A DNA stretch of 63,905 nucleotides, the filler included, from Collodictyon triciliatum (Eukaryota): the NCBI GenBank assembly GCA_043381765.1. It is 4 parts of 4 records of this genome, joined end to end, with 100 filler letters (N's around TTAATTAATTAA, not from the genome) between each part and the next. Parts side by side here need not be neighbours in the genome. Positions count along the whole stretch, not along the records: positions 10,422 to 33,084 come from JBHJMP010001141.1; 3 more parts are not named here. One strand, 5' to 3'. Shown here piece after piece: positions 13,098-31,739 of the stretch. The notes below the pieces were generated by a model. It saw only the letters and a program-made list of their open reading frames with translations, did no database searches and had not been told where the DNA came from. The translations under genes were made by a program, and so were the position numbers. Position 1 is the stretch's first letter, and each line of letters starts with the position of its first letter.

Positions 13098-13494
13098 GAA
13101 AATGATTCGTCCATAGCAAAACGATCGGTGTTGACAAACAAGCTGCAGTGTTTCTGTTCGTTGATCTCGAATGACTATTTCTGGACTGTAATCTATAGCT
13201 TCATATGCATATTTTCATTGAATGAAAAATTACCTAAAATCGTAATATTAATGCATTTGGGAAAAAGATGGAATTAAACCGACGGAATGAATTCTGAGTG
13301 TTACCAAAACTGGATAAAATACAATTTTTTCGTATAATATTCAATTGTGGAAAATATATTGCGAACGCTTGTTTATTCTCAGGACAAGAAAACCGGATCG
13401 ATCGGCAGAGGAAGGAAGAGCAAAAGCAAGACGGAGAAGCACCCAGAAAAGCCCCGAGAACTCGCCAGATTAAACCGTCCAGAACGCCGAAACG

Positions 13495-15711
13495 ATGCAG
13501 TCCAAAGAGTCGATCACCCCCGAATGGTAAGCCGTTCTTTTCATTGTTCTTTTCCTCGCTTTTTCCAAACCCGCTGCGTCCCGTCTCTTCTATCACAAGA
13601 TTATTTACTACAAATACGCTTGCTTTTGCATCTTTTCCTCCTCCCTCCAAGGGCTTTCTTGCTTCTCTCCCACATAATTTTCTTACTGATTAAGAAAAAA
13701 GTAGCTGTTTCTCATTTATGCTCATGTTATCCACTGTTTCCAATGCCCACTTATTGAGGCGTATGAAATCATGACGATCATGTACTGAGCGCCATATCAC
13801 ACAGGGCAACTTTGCCTGCAAAAAAGTCACACTATTTCTACGTCTACAAGAAAGACGAGCTGGTCCAAGTTATAAACTTGGCTGGTAAAAAATGCTACGT
13901 TTTGGGCTCTGATGCTTCGTGCGACTATGTTCTGGAAAATCCTTCCATTTCATCTGTCCACGCTTTGGTGGCCCATCACAGAAACGGGAAATGCTATTTG
14001 ATTGATATGAAAACTGGTTTGTTCGGCTCACATACATGTTGCAGGAGCTCACCTGTTCTTTACTTTGTTCTTTATTATTTTTATTTTGAATTGATTGTGT
14101 TCTTTTCTGGTCTTACAAGTAAATGATGACTCAAAGTGAATCTTTATGTTTACTCCCTCTGAGTTTCGAGTTTCAATAATGGCCGTGTGTTTTCTTTCAT
14201 CAAGAATCAGTAAAGGAATAGTTGTGAGTCATACACCCAATTATTGCACAGGTCATGGTACATTTCTGGATGGTCGGAAGATTGAAAGCAAGCCTAATTC
14301 ATTACAGGGTATACACTTATAGTCTTGCCCCCCCAAAAAAAATGTAACCAACGCATAGCTACGGTTTATTGAAAAAAAAGGAGGAAAAAGAATATCAGCT
14401 GTAGAACTTAGATTCAAACAACTGTCCTCGAAACGAACAAGAATGTATCTCAAATGCATGCCGGTGATGTGATATTACTTCCACTTCAACATCGCTTTTC
14501 TTGCAATCTTAAAATATTTTACCCATTTCAACAGAGGGCGCCACCGTTCGATTTGGTAATAGTACGCGGCTATATGTCTATTCGATGAAGGTACAATCTA
14601 AATGTTCCTTCTTGTATTTCGTCATGTATAACAAATTCAGCATAATCAGTACCTCATCAATAAAACGAAACAGGACTCGGTATCGCAGACTTCAAAAGCT
14701 TCGGCCGGAGAGTCATCGAAATCAGAGACAAGCAAAGTAGAGAAAAAAATGCAGAAAAGCATTTATCCTAATTCAATAAATCAGATATATAAAATCGACC
14801 ATTCAGGAAAAAACCGTCAGGGCCAGTCACATTCTCGTCAAGCACAAGGACTCCAGGAATCCATCATCTTGGAAAGAGGTGATTATCCGCCATCAAGAGG
14901 AGTGAAATTGAAATGCTTATATCCTTTCATGTTACAGGAGCATTGTCATATTCTCATTTGTAATATTTCGATTTTTTCCTCACAAGGCCGTTATCACAAG
15001 AAACAAAGCCGAGGCTCTCTCCATAATAAAAGGTATACATGCACATGCTCTGACTCATACCCCTCTCCTTTGGTTAGAGTGCATTCCTTTGTGCTTTATT
15101 TATCTTCCCCAGCCATCCACAGCCACGAGTCACCACTTTAAGCACCATCAGATTCTTTCTCATCATGCAGTTCCGACCCATGAGATTTCGATATATTATT
15201 ACCTGATATAATATGCCAAACCATTCTTTAATTGAAAAATGTCTGTTGAAGGAATCGAAGCGGATTTAAGGGCAAATTTTTCGCCCGAGAGGTTCGCTCA
15301 ATTGGCCAAACTGGAAAGTCACTGCAGCTCTGCAAAGTAAAATTCTCTCTTTCAATTCTGGAGGATTCTTTTTTTTTCTCTCTTGTCTATTTTTCGTGTT
15401 CGTCTCTGCTGTAATTACATTTGGGTTGGCAGGAGGGGCGGAGATTTGGGAAAATTTGGACCCCGAAAAATGCAGAAGCCCTTCGAGGATGCATCGTATG
15501 TCTTATTGCTCTTTATGAGATTCAGTGGTATTGTGTCTGATTACTCTGTTCTATCATGCACGCGAAACAGTTTTGCCTTTTTTTTTCTTTTTATCCTTTT
15601 TTCTCTTCAATATAAATAAATTGAACCACTAGATTCTCGCTTGCTGTTGGACAGATGAGTGGGCCAGTAGAGACCGATTCCGGTGTCCACCTCATTCTTC
15701 GGACAGAATAA
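13495..15711 (+). CDS. FHA-domain parvulin-type peptidyl-prolyl isomerase (Pin1-like, FHA in place of WW)
   Basis: Spliced exons give MQSKESITPEWATLP..CYVLGSDASCDYVLENPSISSVHA..YLIDMKTGHGTFLDG..VRFGNSTRLY (FHA), then [74 protein letters not shown] (Pin1-type parvulin). Confidence 0.95.
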
Positions 15712-16315
15712 AATGCTGCGACATGTTTGCCATCGCAGTGTTCGCCCATCCAAGTTGGGAGTGGAAACTTGCGCGCAGCTTTTGGGCTGTAATCCATAGA
15801 TACGGCGATGGCGCTCACCGCCCTCGATTCCAGAAATGTGCACAGCTCGTAACATGACACTGCAACCCTGGTGCAGCCGTGCAACCCTAACCAAATTTTG
15901 ATGATCAATTTTGGCTGAGATCAATTTTTATATTTCTGGAGGCAGCTGATTTGATCACAACAACACGTTGTGAAAAAACGGAGCAGAATTAAGCGAGACT
16001 CGAAGCAACCGATGAAACGCTTACTCGGCCGAAAGTCACACCTGCGCTCGTGCCATAATATCTCTCAACTCCCGTTCGAAGGCTGCATATTTCGTTTGGG
16101 CCGCCCGAGAACATCTGGTCGCTTTCCTCTTGCAGCCGGGGTTCCTTTTCGCTTTTTTTTTCTGTCCTTCTTTTTCGCTCTTTTTCTTTCCTTATTTTTT
16201 TCTCTCTTTTCCCAAAGAAGCCGCCTCGAGAAGAGGTCTATGAAGATGCGTGTATATCTTAATGCATGAAGAATATTGGATTAGAAACGCCGCTAGAAGA
16301 CAACAGCGTGTGAAG

Positions 16316-18942
16316 ATGAACGACCTTGATCGCCAGATCGAACAGCTCTGCCGCTGCGAAACGCTCAAAGAAAGCGAAGTCAAGGCTCTGTGCCAGAAAG
16401 CGCGTGAGATTCTGATTGAAGAAAGCAATGTCCAGAAGGTCAACTCCCCGGTGACTGTGCGTGTTATTAGACTTATTGTTATTAATTTGCTAAATATTCT
16501 TGTCAATAACATAAACAAACAGCCAAGAGAACAATGAAGTTTGTGAAAAAATGATATAGGTCCAAAAACCATTGAATAGTACACATATCAATAGTGTAAT
16601 AAAAAGAATAATATTCAGACAGAAAGAAAAGGACTAAGCGCAGATATTTAATGGAAAATATTCGACAAGAAAGTGGTTTCAGTTTCGCCGTACGCTTCTA
16701 ACATTTCTACTACTGCTGACTCTTTACGCCTTAAGATTTGTGGAGATATACATGGCCAGTACTATGACCTTTTGGAGCTTTTCAAGGTGGGAAACAGTTG
16801 CCCCGAAACAAACTACCTTTTCATGGGAGACTTTGTCGATCGCGGCTTCTACAGTGTGGAGACATTTCTCCTGCTTCTTGCTTTGAAGGTCTGTATTCTG
16901 TTGCTTCACACTGGGATGTTGTTTGCCATTTGACGCCAACCGACCAGTTAAATGGTGTTGCATGTCTGGTCCAGCCTTGCAATCACAAATGTTCGTTCTT
17001 GCGAAAAAAATATATGTTTCATTGCTATCGAGAACGGCTCACCTGCAGTTTGAACCGAAGTGATTTAAAAGAGACAATATGGTAATTTTCTCCTATTCAT
17101 CTACTCTTTATTTATCACTTCCTTATGGCACAGGTGCGATATCCCGACCGAATCACGCTGATTCGTGGAAATCACGAGAGTCGGCAGATTACACAAGTGT
17201 ATGTGATGCACTGACGCCATGAGTGTTCCTCCTGATAATTTACGATGATTGTATACTTTGGAAAAATTATGTAATTAATTAATAAATATCTCACTCTGCC
17301 CTGCATGCTCCTTCTAATAGGTACGGATTCTACGATGAGTGCCTGAGAAAATACGGCTCCGTCAATGTGTGGCGATACTGCACCGATATTTTTGATTTTC
17401 TGTCGCTATCAGCGTTGGTAGATGACCGTGTCTTTTGTGTTCACGGCGGTCTTTCTCCGTCCATCAACACACTCGATCAGGTTCTAATTTCTGCTCTCAT
17501 TTTCTTTGAGATATTTGTTTTCCTATTATTTAACATGCAGCTGACTTGAAGGCTGTCCACTAGATTATGAAGCTATTCACTTGATTTTATTAAAAGCAAG
17601 AATCCCTTAATGAATACCAAACAAACACAGATTCGCACAATCGATAGAAAACAAGAGGTTCCCCACGACGGACCGATGTGTGACCTTATGTGGTCTGACC
17701 CCGAAGGTAGTCGACATAGCTATTTCATTTCATGTTCTTTGTACGGCGATTTTAGTGAGAGCCCTCAATTCTTCCGTTGACCAGGAAAAGTTAATTATAC
17801 ATTTTTAACTTGTACTTGTGTCCTTCATCCGATCATCCGAAACAAATCCATCTTGATTATGCAGACATTGATGGTTGGGGTATGAGTCCTCGTGGCGCGG
17901 GTTATCTTTTTGGGGGTGACATCGTGAAGCAGGTTTGAAACTCAGTTATTTGATGCCATAACACCCATTTACAAATAAATACAAACAAAAAAAAAAAGAT
18001 ACAATCCAATTAGAAAGACACATACAAATAGTATTTCCTTTGTTTTGACCCCATGATGGAGTTTTGGTTTTCATGAAAAAATGTGACCAAATTTGTAGTT
18101 TTTGAGCACAAACAAATTGGAGCTCATATGCCGTGCTCATCAGCTTGTGATGGAAGGATACAAGGAAATGTTTGACAAAACCCTCGTCACAGTCTGGTCT
18201 GCACCGAATTACTGCTACAGGTTTGTTTCCTCCCAAAATACCTTTTGGTGCCTTTTTTTTCTGTGCTGTTGGAATATACTTCTTAATAGATTTCATTGTA
18301 TGAGTGTGCAAAGTCGTATTATTTTCTTTTTGTTGGGAGAAATACTGGCGTTATCGTTTTCTCTCTGTACTTTTATCATAATTACTATTACTATTTTTTT
18401 TTTTTTTATTGTTGATATCATTATTTTTATTATTATTCGGTCCAGATTCAATCAAGCCAGTTTTTCTGTGTATCAACAGAGTAGCAGATTGAATCTTGAA
18501 TCATATTATTTCTAAACTTGGGAAGAGAAGCTACAACACCCAAAAAACGTGGTTATTTCTTTTGTATCAAATAGATGCGGAAATGTTGCTGCAATCCTCG
18601 AATTGGACGAATCGTGCAACCGAAACTATAAGACTTTTGATGCAGCCCCTCAAGTTCAGATTCAATCTTTTGAGCTATGTATTCTCTCTTGTGCAGTCCT
18701 TTCTTTTCTTTCTTTTTGTTTATTTTTCTTCATTTGCTTTCCTTCATGATTTTTGATTTTCACACGAATTGAAATCTTGCCTATTTTTTTTTTCGTTGCT
18801 TCAGAATAGAGGAATACTTTTTTTTTAAGAGATGTGCGAGTAAAAAAGAAATATCAAGGATTACTGACGTTTCTATGTGCCTCTTCAAAAGGATGCCCGT
18901 GGAGCTCCCGCAAAGAAATCGGCCACCGAGTACTTCCTGTAG
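16316..18942 (+). CDS. PPP4C: Ser/Thr protein phosphatase 4 catalytic subunit
   Basis: [12 protein letters not shown]-terminus; [55 protein letters not shown] and [11 protein letters not shown] motifs; C-terminal EYFL*. GT-AG introns. Confidence 0.95.
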
Positions 18943-19311
18943 GCGTGGACGCGGCCATCTGACACCCGCGGACTTCATGCCTTTGGAAACGCTTACATCT
19001 ACTTCTTTTCTTCTCCCCTATCTTTATTTCTTTTTTCTTTTTGACGCACATAAAAATTCTGAAAAAACAAAAACAAAAACAAAACGCGAGATCTGATAGA
19101 GTTTCACCGCCCTCAACTACCGAATACATACATATCTGGAATTTATAATACCCAGGTGCACAAAAAGCCGAAAGCAAGAGTCGCAAAGAACAGAGGCGCA
19201 GTCACATGGTGTTTTCCTCCAGTGCCAGAGAAACGAGACACACCCAACCCGAGTGCGAAACAAGCAAAGCAAACAAGCACGATTTGACTCACCCATTCAA
19301 AATAGACAGTC

Positions 19312-24219
<4,908 letters not shown>

Positions 24220-25846
24220 AAAGATGAGTTGATTCCCTTTCCTTACAAAATTCAGATCTATTAGACCAGCTTGATAAACATAAATGGTTTCTTTCTTTTT
24301 TCTCTATTCTTTTACATCTCCTCTCGATGCGCTCTTCGTTATTCTTCCTGTCTCCCAAAAAATATAAATAGAAGAATAGGGAAACGAAACGCACAACACC
24401 TCGCCGCAAGAGTAAAAGCAAGTCCCTTTTTTTTTTTTAATAGTATTTCCAATAAACAAAATCACATGAAATGGAGAGCTGATGACCTACGCTTGGTTCA
24501 TAAATCGTTGGTTGGTTGTGAAACCTGTGGATGAAAAATGATAATTGTCAGATGACAGTCTTTAGCAAGTGTGGCGAGAAGCGTGCTGCGCAGCTCTCTG
24601 GACAAGGTCTTCGATCTGACTCTTTGAGCTTCATCCCGCGCTGGATGCTTCGATTTTCACCATAGTTCCGTTCCCTTATCCGATATATTTGCAATCAGTG
24701 CGCTTGTGTGCTCTCACAAAAAAAAAAATAGATTATATATTCGCTTCCTGATGTCAGATGTTGCACCAAAGCGGCTGAACAAGGTGTTTGATTCTGACTG
24801 GCTTGTACGGTCCGTACGGTTCTCGCCCTGAGTATCCATTCATCTCACGGTATTGGATATGCTTCCTCGCTTGCATTTCTTATGAAAATTACTTCCATAT
24901 ACATACCCTAATAATAGCACTGGTGGCTACAAAGGCTGCGACATCCATCGCGGTGATGATGCGCCCAAACACTTGTTCATGCGAAGACTCTAACATATCA
25001 CGTCAAATGGACTATCATTTATTGGCCGCCACTTCATCAGCAATCGAGCGTGCATGAAGGAGAAATCAGAGTCACGCTATCCGGGCTCACTCGGACAGCT
25101 TTAAGCTGATAGCCACTAAGCTAGTCTTGAATTAGCGATGGAGGGAGGCTATCGGCGTCGTCGTGCGATGTGCCAGCAAAGCCCTCGTTTTTTTTTTTTT
25201 TTTGCAAGAGTTTTGTTCAGCGTCGTAAACTGGCAATGGAGAGTGCAGCCAGCTGTCGCTGAATATTACAGTCTGTAGAGATTATCTATGAAGCGATGAG
25301 CAGGAAATATTTTGACGCCCGCCACCATCACTGAAAAATACGAGGCAGAAGGCAACACGATGGCGCTTGAGATGCGGCTGTGTGAATGGAGCTAGTGCTG
25401 CCCATTTCAGCATAGGTACAAACTTTACATGCTAATCCAGGATATCTTAGTGATTCTTTCAAAGAATTTCTTCCTTTACACACATAAGAACCCAGAAAAT
25501 GGTGATGCGCGTTTGGCTCATGATATGAAATTTATGAATATCGAGCTGGTGTCCTTTCATTTTTGAAAATATGTGTTCTATTATAAGCTTAGTTTCTAGA
25601 TGTCAAAGCACCATATCATGTTGGCTACATTTAATTCATTTTTTTTATTATAAATCACCCAAATTTAAACGACCATTTATCAATTATTGCCTTCAATAAA
25701 TTCATATAGAAATGTGTGCATCTTGCACCTGAAAAAATCGATGAAATCAATATAATATTTTGAACTCACATGAAAAACTTAAAGAAAGGGGGCATCCTTT
25801 GATTATTATTTTGAATTTAATTGTTGTGATTTCCAAACAGAACACC

Positions 25847-28800
25847 TTATTGAGCCATAGGGTCGAAGGTAATTTTTCTTTGATTGTAATTCATCATTTC
25901 AAATAGTTTTTGCTTGACTTTTCCGCTTTGGTAGAGTGGAATGGCAAAAGCCGTACACGTGAAATAGAGCAACCAGATCAAATTCATTCCAATAAGGAAA
26001 CCCGTAGACCAGGTCTGTGGACCCAACAATGTGGATGATAATGTAAGAAAGAAGGACAAAAAGATGATGTACAAGCTGGACAACTCCATTTGGTTTTCTA
26101 TTTTCGAATTGTATGGCTTGTAGACTTTTTGCATCCAAATAGAGCCCTGCAGAAAGGAAATAATAATGAAAAATATACATGACATACTTTGACATATTCA
26201 GTTGATAGATATTTATATTTCAACCTGGATGACAATCACCAAGAGGAGAAAAGAAACAGATGGCGCTGTGAAAGGAACTACACTAAGGATGAACGAAAAT
26301 GCTATTCGACGGGCAATAACAACAAATTCCCAATATTTGAAGCTCTGTTAAGAGAAATGGTAATCAAAATCAATAAGAATCACACGCCTTTTAGTTTTAA
26401 TTACAAAAAAAAAATAATCGACATCACCTCTTTGTATGGCAAGTACAGGAACCCATATCTTGCACCCGGTTCGTAACCGGACTTCTCAAACATAATTTTC
26501 ATCTTCCACCAAAGGAAAGCAGGGAATCCAATGAGAAAAAAAACAAAAACTGGGACTGAAAGTTTAATCAATTGTTTGTATTCATCTGACACCGGATTGC
26601 ATTGAACCCAAGGAGCGTAGTTAAGATACCAAGTGTACTCATCATCGTAAAATGTGCACCCAAAAACACCAAATACTTCCCTTGCGACTGAATAGTAAAT
26701 AAAGAACAATAGATTCAAGGTAATGAATATCGCCTATTTGAAGTTTTTTTTTTAAAAAAAAATTATGTCAGGTGCTAAAAAGAGAATCTAGAATAATACA
26801 ATCGCCAGATTTTTTTACCTTATTTCTTTGGCGTCCATATCCAAAATAATATGTAAATGATCCAACTAAGATAAAGAGTGGAATTCTAGCAAAGCTTAAC
26901 AAAAGAGAGTCAAATATATTATCTATTCCAAGCACACACGACACGTTGGGATATTGAATTGAACCGAATGAAGACGAAAAATCGACAAAAGTATTCGTTT
27001 CATCTGACCGAATTATCCCAGAGGAAATAATTGAAAGTGTTTGCATATGCAACATGACAATTCGAAGAATAGCTAAATGTTTATTACAAAACAATAAATA
27101 TATAGTTATCAGTACGAGAATAAAATAAAAAAACCTGATTTTGATGTCTCTGACCAGTATAAATAAAAGATGAACATAAAGAAGCCAATAGAGCCGATTA
27201 TCAAAGTAGCGTAGATCGCTCCGTTTTCACACTTGATGCACGATCTCCCTTGACTTCCATATCCATCCTGACATTTAGAACAGGCGTGTCCTTCATAACC
27301 TTCTTTGCATAGCTGAGTTATCGCTACACTTGAATTTGAGTCAGAGACTTTACGAGGAATCCAAGTAAAGCAAGAATCTGGCTGTGGGCAGCGAAATATT
27401 GTTTTCACTGCTGTCACATTTGGGGAAGCATGGCAATATCGCAAGGTGATTCCATCTAGGCATTCGCACTCTCGTGGGCATTGAATGCAATTATTTCCGA
27501 ATCCAAAATATCCTGGCAAGCATTTACAAAATTCATATGCATAATATATAGGATTTAAGTCGACTTCTAGGTCAATAAGACCTGATTTTGAAACAATTGA
27601 TGGACATAAATAAAGTTTGGATTCATCTTCTATGTTGAATGGTGCAGTAAAGCTCATAAAATCAGGGAGAAAATTTGCCTCTCCGTGGCTCATTATTGTA
27701 TCAACAAAGCCTAAATATTCAAGTTTTGAAAATCCACGGTATGATTCAGGTATGCTTCCGACTATTGGATTACCAGAAAGATCTAGCGAAACCCACTTCA
27801 ATAGATTAATGGTTTCATCTATACCCGTTATATTATTGTTTCTCAAATCAAGCGTTCTCACGTTTAGAACATAGTGAAATATTTTCCAATCAAGTTTTCC
27901 GTAAAGTTGGTTGTCGGCAAGTAAAAGACTTTCGTAAAAGAAATCGTCATCGTCCTCAGAAGGTACAATAAAGACACCTACATCACTAGCAAACGAATTA
28001 TTTCTCAAGTCGATAGTGACCAGATTTGGTAGATTCCAGAATTTGTAAGGTAAACATCCCGAAAATTGGTTGTGGGATAAGGTGAGCGATTTCAACTCTA
28101 ATAAGTCTTGGAAATAGTCAGGTACCACACCGAGCATAAAATTTCTAGATAGGTCGATGTATCTTATCGATGTAATGTTCCAATTTTTGGGAATATATCC
28201 GCTTATTTGATTCTCACTAAAATCTAATCTCTTAAGCATCGGTAAATTTAGAATAGGAAAGGTGCCGGTTAAATAGTTTCTGAAAAGCACAATTTCCTCA
28301 ATAATTTGACAGTTTTCAAAATTTGGAACTGAGCCTCTTATTTTATTATCATAGGCCGAAAAAATCTTCAAGTTTTTGAGGTGGGATAGGTTTGGTACGG
28401 TTCCTGTAATAAAATATTAGTGAATTCATCAGATTAGAAAAGAAATTTATTATGAACCTGACCTATAAGTTTATTGCTGTCCAAGTAAATCATCTCAATA
28501 CTTTGAAGGCTCGAAAAGGTTGGAATGTTCCCTGTTTTATAAAAATGTTAATTATAAAAGTCCTTTGATATCTAATTAGCTTTTTACCATTGAAATTGTT
28601 GTTTTCCAAGAATAGCAACTTAATTCTGGGGAAGAAATCGAAGTTTGGTATACTTCCTAGGAGAAAACATCAGCTGTTGATCTTTTTAAATGTAAAAAAA
28701 AAAAAAAGAAAAGAATTGAAGTCACCATGAAGTTGATTGTTCGACAAAGATAATCTTTTGATATTAGGAATATTGTTGAAGTTTGGAACTATTCCTATAA

Positions 28801-30377
28801 TTTTTTTAAGTAGCGCAAATCACTTGAAGTGACTACAGCGAATGAAAACAAGACATATTCGTGAATTTTTTTGATGATAGACAAATTTTACCGGTTAGTT
28901 GATTGTTGTAAAGAGTTAATCTTTCCAAGTTCTCAAGGTGGGTAAAGTTGGGTATTGTCCCTGGATTTTATTATGGGGAAATTGACTTGTAAAATTCGAT
29001 GGAATATAAGGATGATTTATATGATTTCAATTGTAAACCAACATACCGCTGAGACAGTTGTTGGATAGCGAAATTCTTGTAATTTTTTGAACGTTTTTGA
29101 AATTCGGAATTTCCCCTGTAAGTATCCAATGAAAATAATTGTTGGGGGGTTAGCTGAAGATAAATAATAAATACAAACCATGTGTTTCGCTGTCATATAC
29201 ACCTAAAGTTTTTATATTCGGCAAACCAGAGAAGTCGGGTAAAGTTCCTATACATAAAAATATGACATTAATAACTTTAAACCATTGCATAATAATCCAG
29301 AGGTAAAGATAACCGAATCCCGTTTACCTACCATTCAGTTTGTCACTTGAACCGATCCACAACACTTCTATTAGTGATATTCCAGAAAAATCAGGTATGA
29401 ACCCTTCTAATGGATTCCCATCTATATCTAAGCGCAAAATACTAGACATTCCGTGAAAATTTGGAATTGTGCCTTTTATTTCATTCACGTAAATGTTCAA
29501 ATCGGTAACGCTTGAGAGCTTAAAATCTGGAATATTTCCATAAATTGAATTGTAACTCAAATCCAAGAAAACCAAGAACGGAAGATGTTCAAGTGTCATC
29601 GAAACAGCCTCAATGTCACCGCGTAGATTATTCATCGACATCGAGAGCCCAACAACTGGACATGTGTCGTTCTAGAATGAATTATTTTTTCGTTACGTGA
29701 TGAATAATAGAATTATGAATTTTTTTGATTCCTATGGTTTTTAAAGTGTTCTATTAGGCAAAAATGACTAACCAAATCATCTTCATACTTGCAACTTTCG
29801 TCACATAGTATTCCAAACCATTTACATACTGGAACTGTTTCATCATTCCACCCATCTTTATTTACCCAATTATCTCCGCCAAGTAGATCATACAATTTAG
29901 TTAAAACATCCAGTTGAATAAAAGAGTATAGCTCATTCCGAAAGTTCGGAGTCATTACTTGAGTTTGTGGATGTCCCCTGTTTGGATAATACTGGTAGAA
30001 ATCGGATTCTTCCTTGTAATATTTTTCACTATATGTATGCTCTCTGGCCAGGCTCTCGTGGGTACATAAGCACGCATGGCATTCAATATTTTTCCAATCA
30101 GTAATGATTGATTTTTGATTCTCATTTGAATTTGCAGAACAAGCATCATCGTACAAGGTTAAGAGGATTTGAAGCGCTTCATCGATACTCATGGATAGCA
30201 ATTGATCTCTTGTGAATCGACATTGCCCGCTACATAATTACTGCGAATTAAGTCAACTTTTTAAGAGAATATTGTTACAGATTCATACCTTTCAAAGTAA
30301 CGATTGGAATTTCCAGATTTTACCGCGAACAGCATTAAAACTAGTACAAGCGAAACATTCAAGCTTCTAAAAGGCAT
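25847..30377 (-). CDS. Receptor-like membrane protein: signal peptide, LRR N-cap, plant-type LRRs, Cys-rich/EGF-like region, multipass TRP/FLC-like C-terminal membrane domain
   Basis: Hydrophobic N-terminus (MPFRSLNVSLVLVLMLFAV); NWVNKDGW..VCKWFGILC cap; LxxLxLxxNxLxGxIP repeats; CKCLPGYFG..CKEGYEGHACSKCQDGY; membrane domain with YGFLYLPYK..YWEFVVIARR..KPY..N..E motifs. All exon junctions are GT-AG and in frame. Confidence 0.9.
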
Positions 30378-31739
30378 TAAAATATTCAATAAAATATAAT
30401 TTTTTTTTAATTATCGCTTTGAATGCAGCAAGAAATGCAAGAATGTCGTAAATCAAACAAATGTTCCAAAAGAATAGTTTTTGAAGAGATTATTACACCA
30501 AAATCATATATTTTCTATAAATTTCAAGTAATCAAATTAGCGAATATCACAGGGTACATAAAGAAATGAAGGGAAAATATTGATTGGAAAAGATACAATA
30601 CCTTATGTACCAGGGATTGGGAATTTTTTCAGAATTCAAAATATGACGCCTTTGTTGGAATGCCCCCATGAATTATAATCGGTATTTCTGATAAATATGT
30701 AATGTTCCAAAGATATCAGAGATTAGAAATTTGTTAATGGTGTTTCAGTGAAAGCTAAATATCAGTTGCGTCAATCGAAGCATCTCAAAAAAGATACACT
30801 AACACACGAAAATGGTGCGACTACGTAATAACATGAAATAAATATGGCTTTAAGTAGAAAAATTATCATAAAAATCCACAGAATGAAGCATTCTTTAAGT
30901 TATTATGGTGTTTATGCACTTTTTCATTTAGGTTACTTTTTCTATATTAAATGAATTTGTTTAATATTGGGTATCCGAAAAAAGAGAGATAAAATCATCT
31001 GATTTAGAAAATAAATGAATTTTGTGATGGACTTTCCCAAAATAAAACAAGTATCGGAAATATTTGATAGATAAACAACAAGCATTGGGTTCTTAAAATT
31101 TGTGAGTTTTTGATGTTTTAAGTGCTTTCATTGATTGATTTCTCTATTAATAGACAAATCAACAAAGCATTTCAGGCTGTCTATGAGCAACTAATGAAAT
31201 AATTATTTTCTGAAGACATAGAGTCGTACAGAGTTTAATTATTACAAAATTTTCAAACTGAGCTTGAGTATTCGACGTGATTATATATGCTTTTTTCCGT
31301 GTCAATACAATTTTTCATTCAAGTGTAATTATGTAGACAATGTGTATATATTTTATATTTCTCTTTGATAGAAGAAATCATCGAGAGCCTTCTAAAACAG
31401 TTCGGGCATTAATTAGTAAATATATTGAATCGGTTAACCATATTAAATTTGAATGATATTTTGAGACCATAAAATCAAATGTACTATTTTTTGGAGTAAT
31501 ATATACGATTGCATAAATCTACTAATAAAATAAAGCAATAGATATTTAGAGATAATATTTTATTATAAACTTATACATTTAGTCCAGGTGAATGTGTATT
31601 TTTTGCATCATATAAGTGTCTACTTTCCTGGTGTCATATGCTATACTGTGTATGCCATATATCAAACATATTTGGCAGCCTTAATGATGATAACTTGAAC
31701 AGTTTATTAAAACGCGGGGTTATCAGCATTCCCGTAAAA

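Noticed and set aside
12554-13277. Long ORFs of IITM / IIIV / LLSL repeats, and a possible CRISPR-like array
   Set aside because: Translations of a 12-nt minisatellite; there are no unique spacers.
24540-25450. GC-richer patch between CMTR2 and the LRR gene, possibly a decayed gene or transposon
   Set aside because: No sustained ORF, terminal repeats or recognisable motif.
30190-30290. Apparent in-frame stop in the LRR gene suggesting a pseudogene or an alternative genetic code
   Set aside because: Using the next AG acceptor (tatgtag) restores the frame, and conserved genes end in TAA, TAG and TGA normally.
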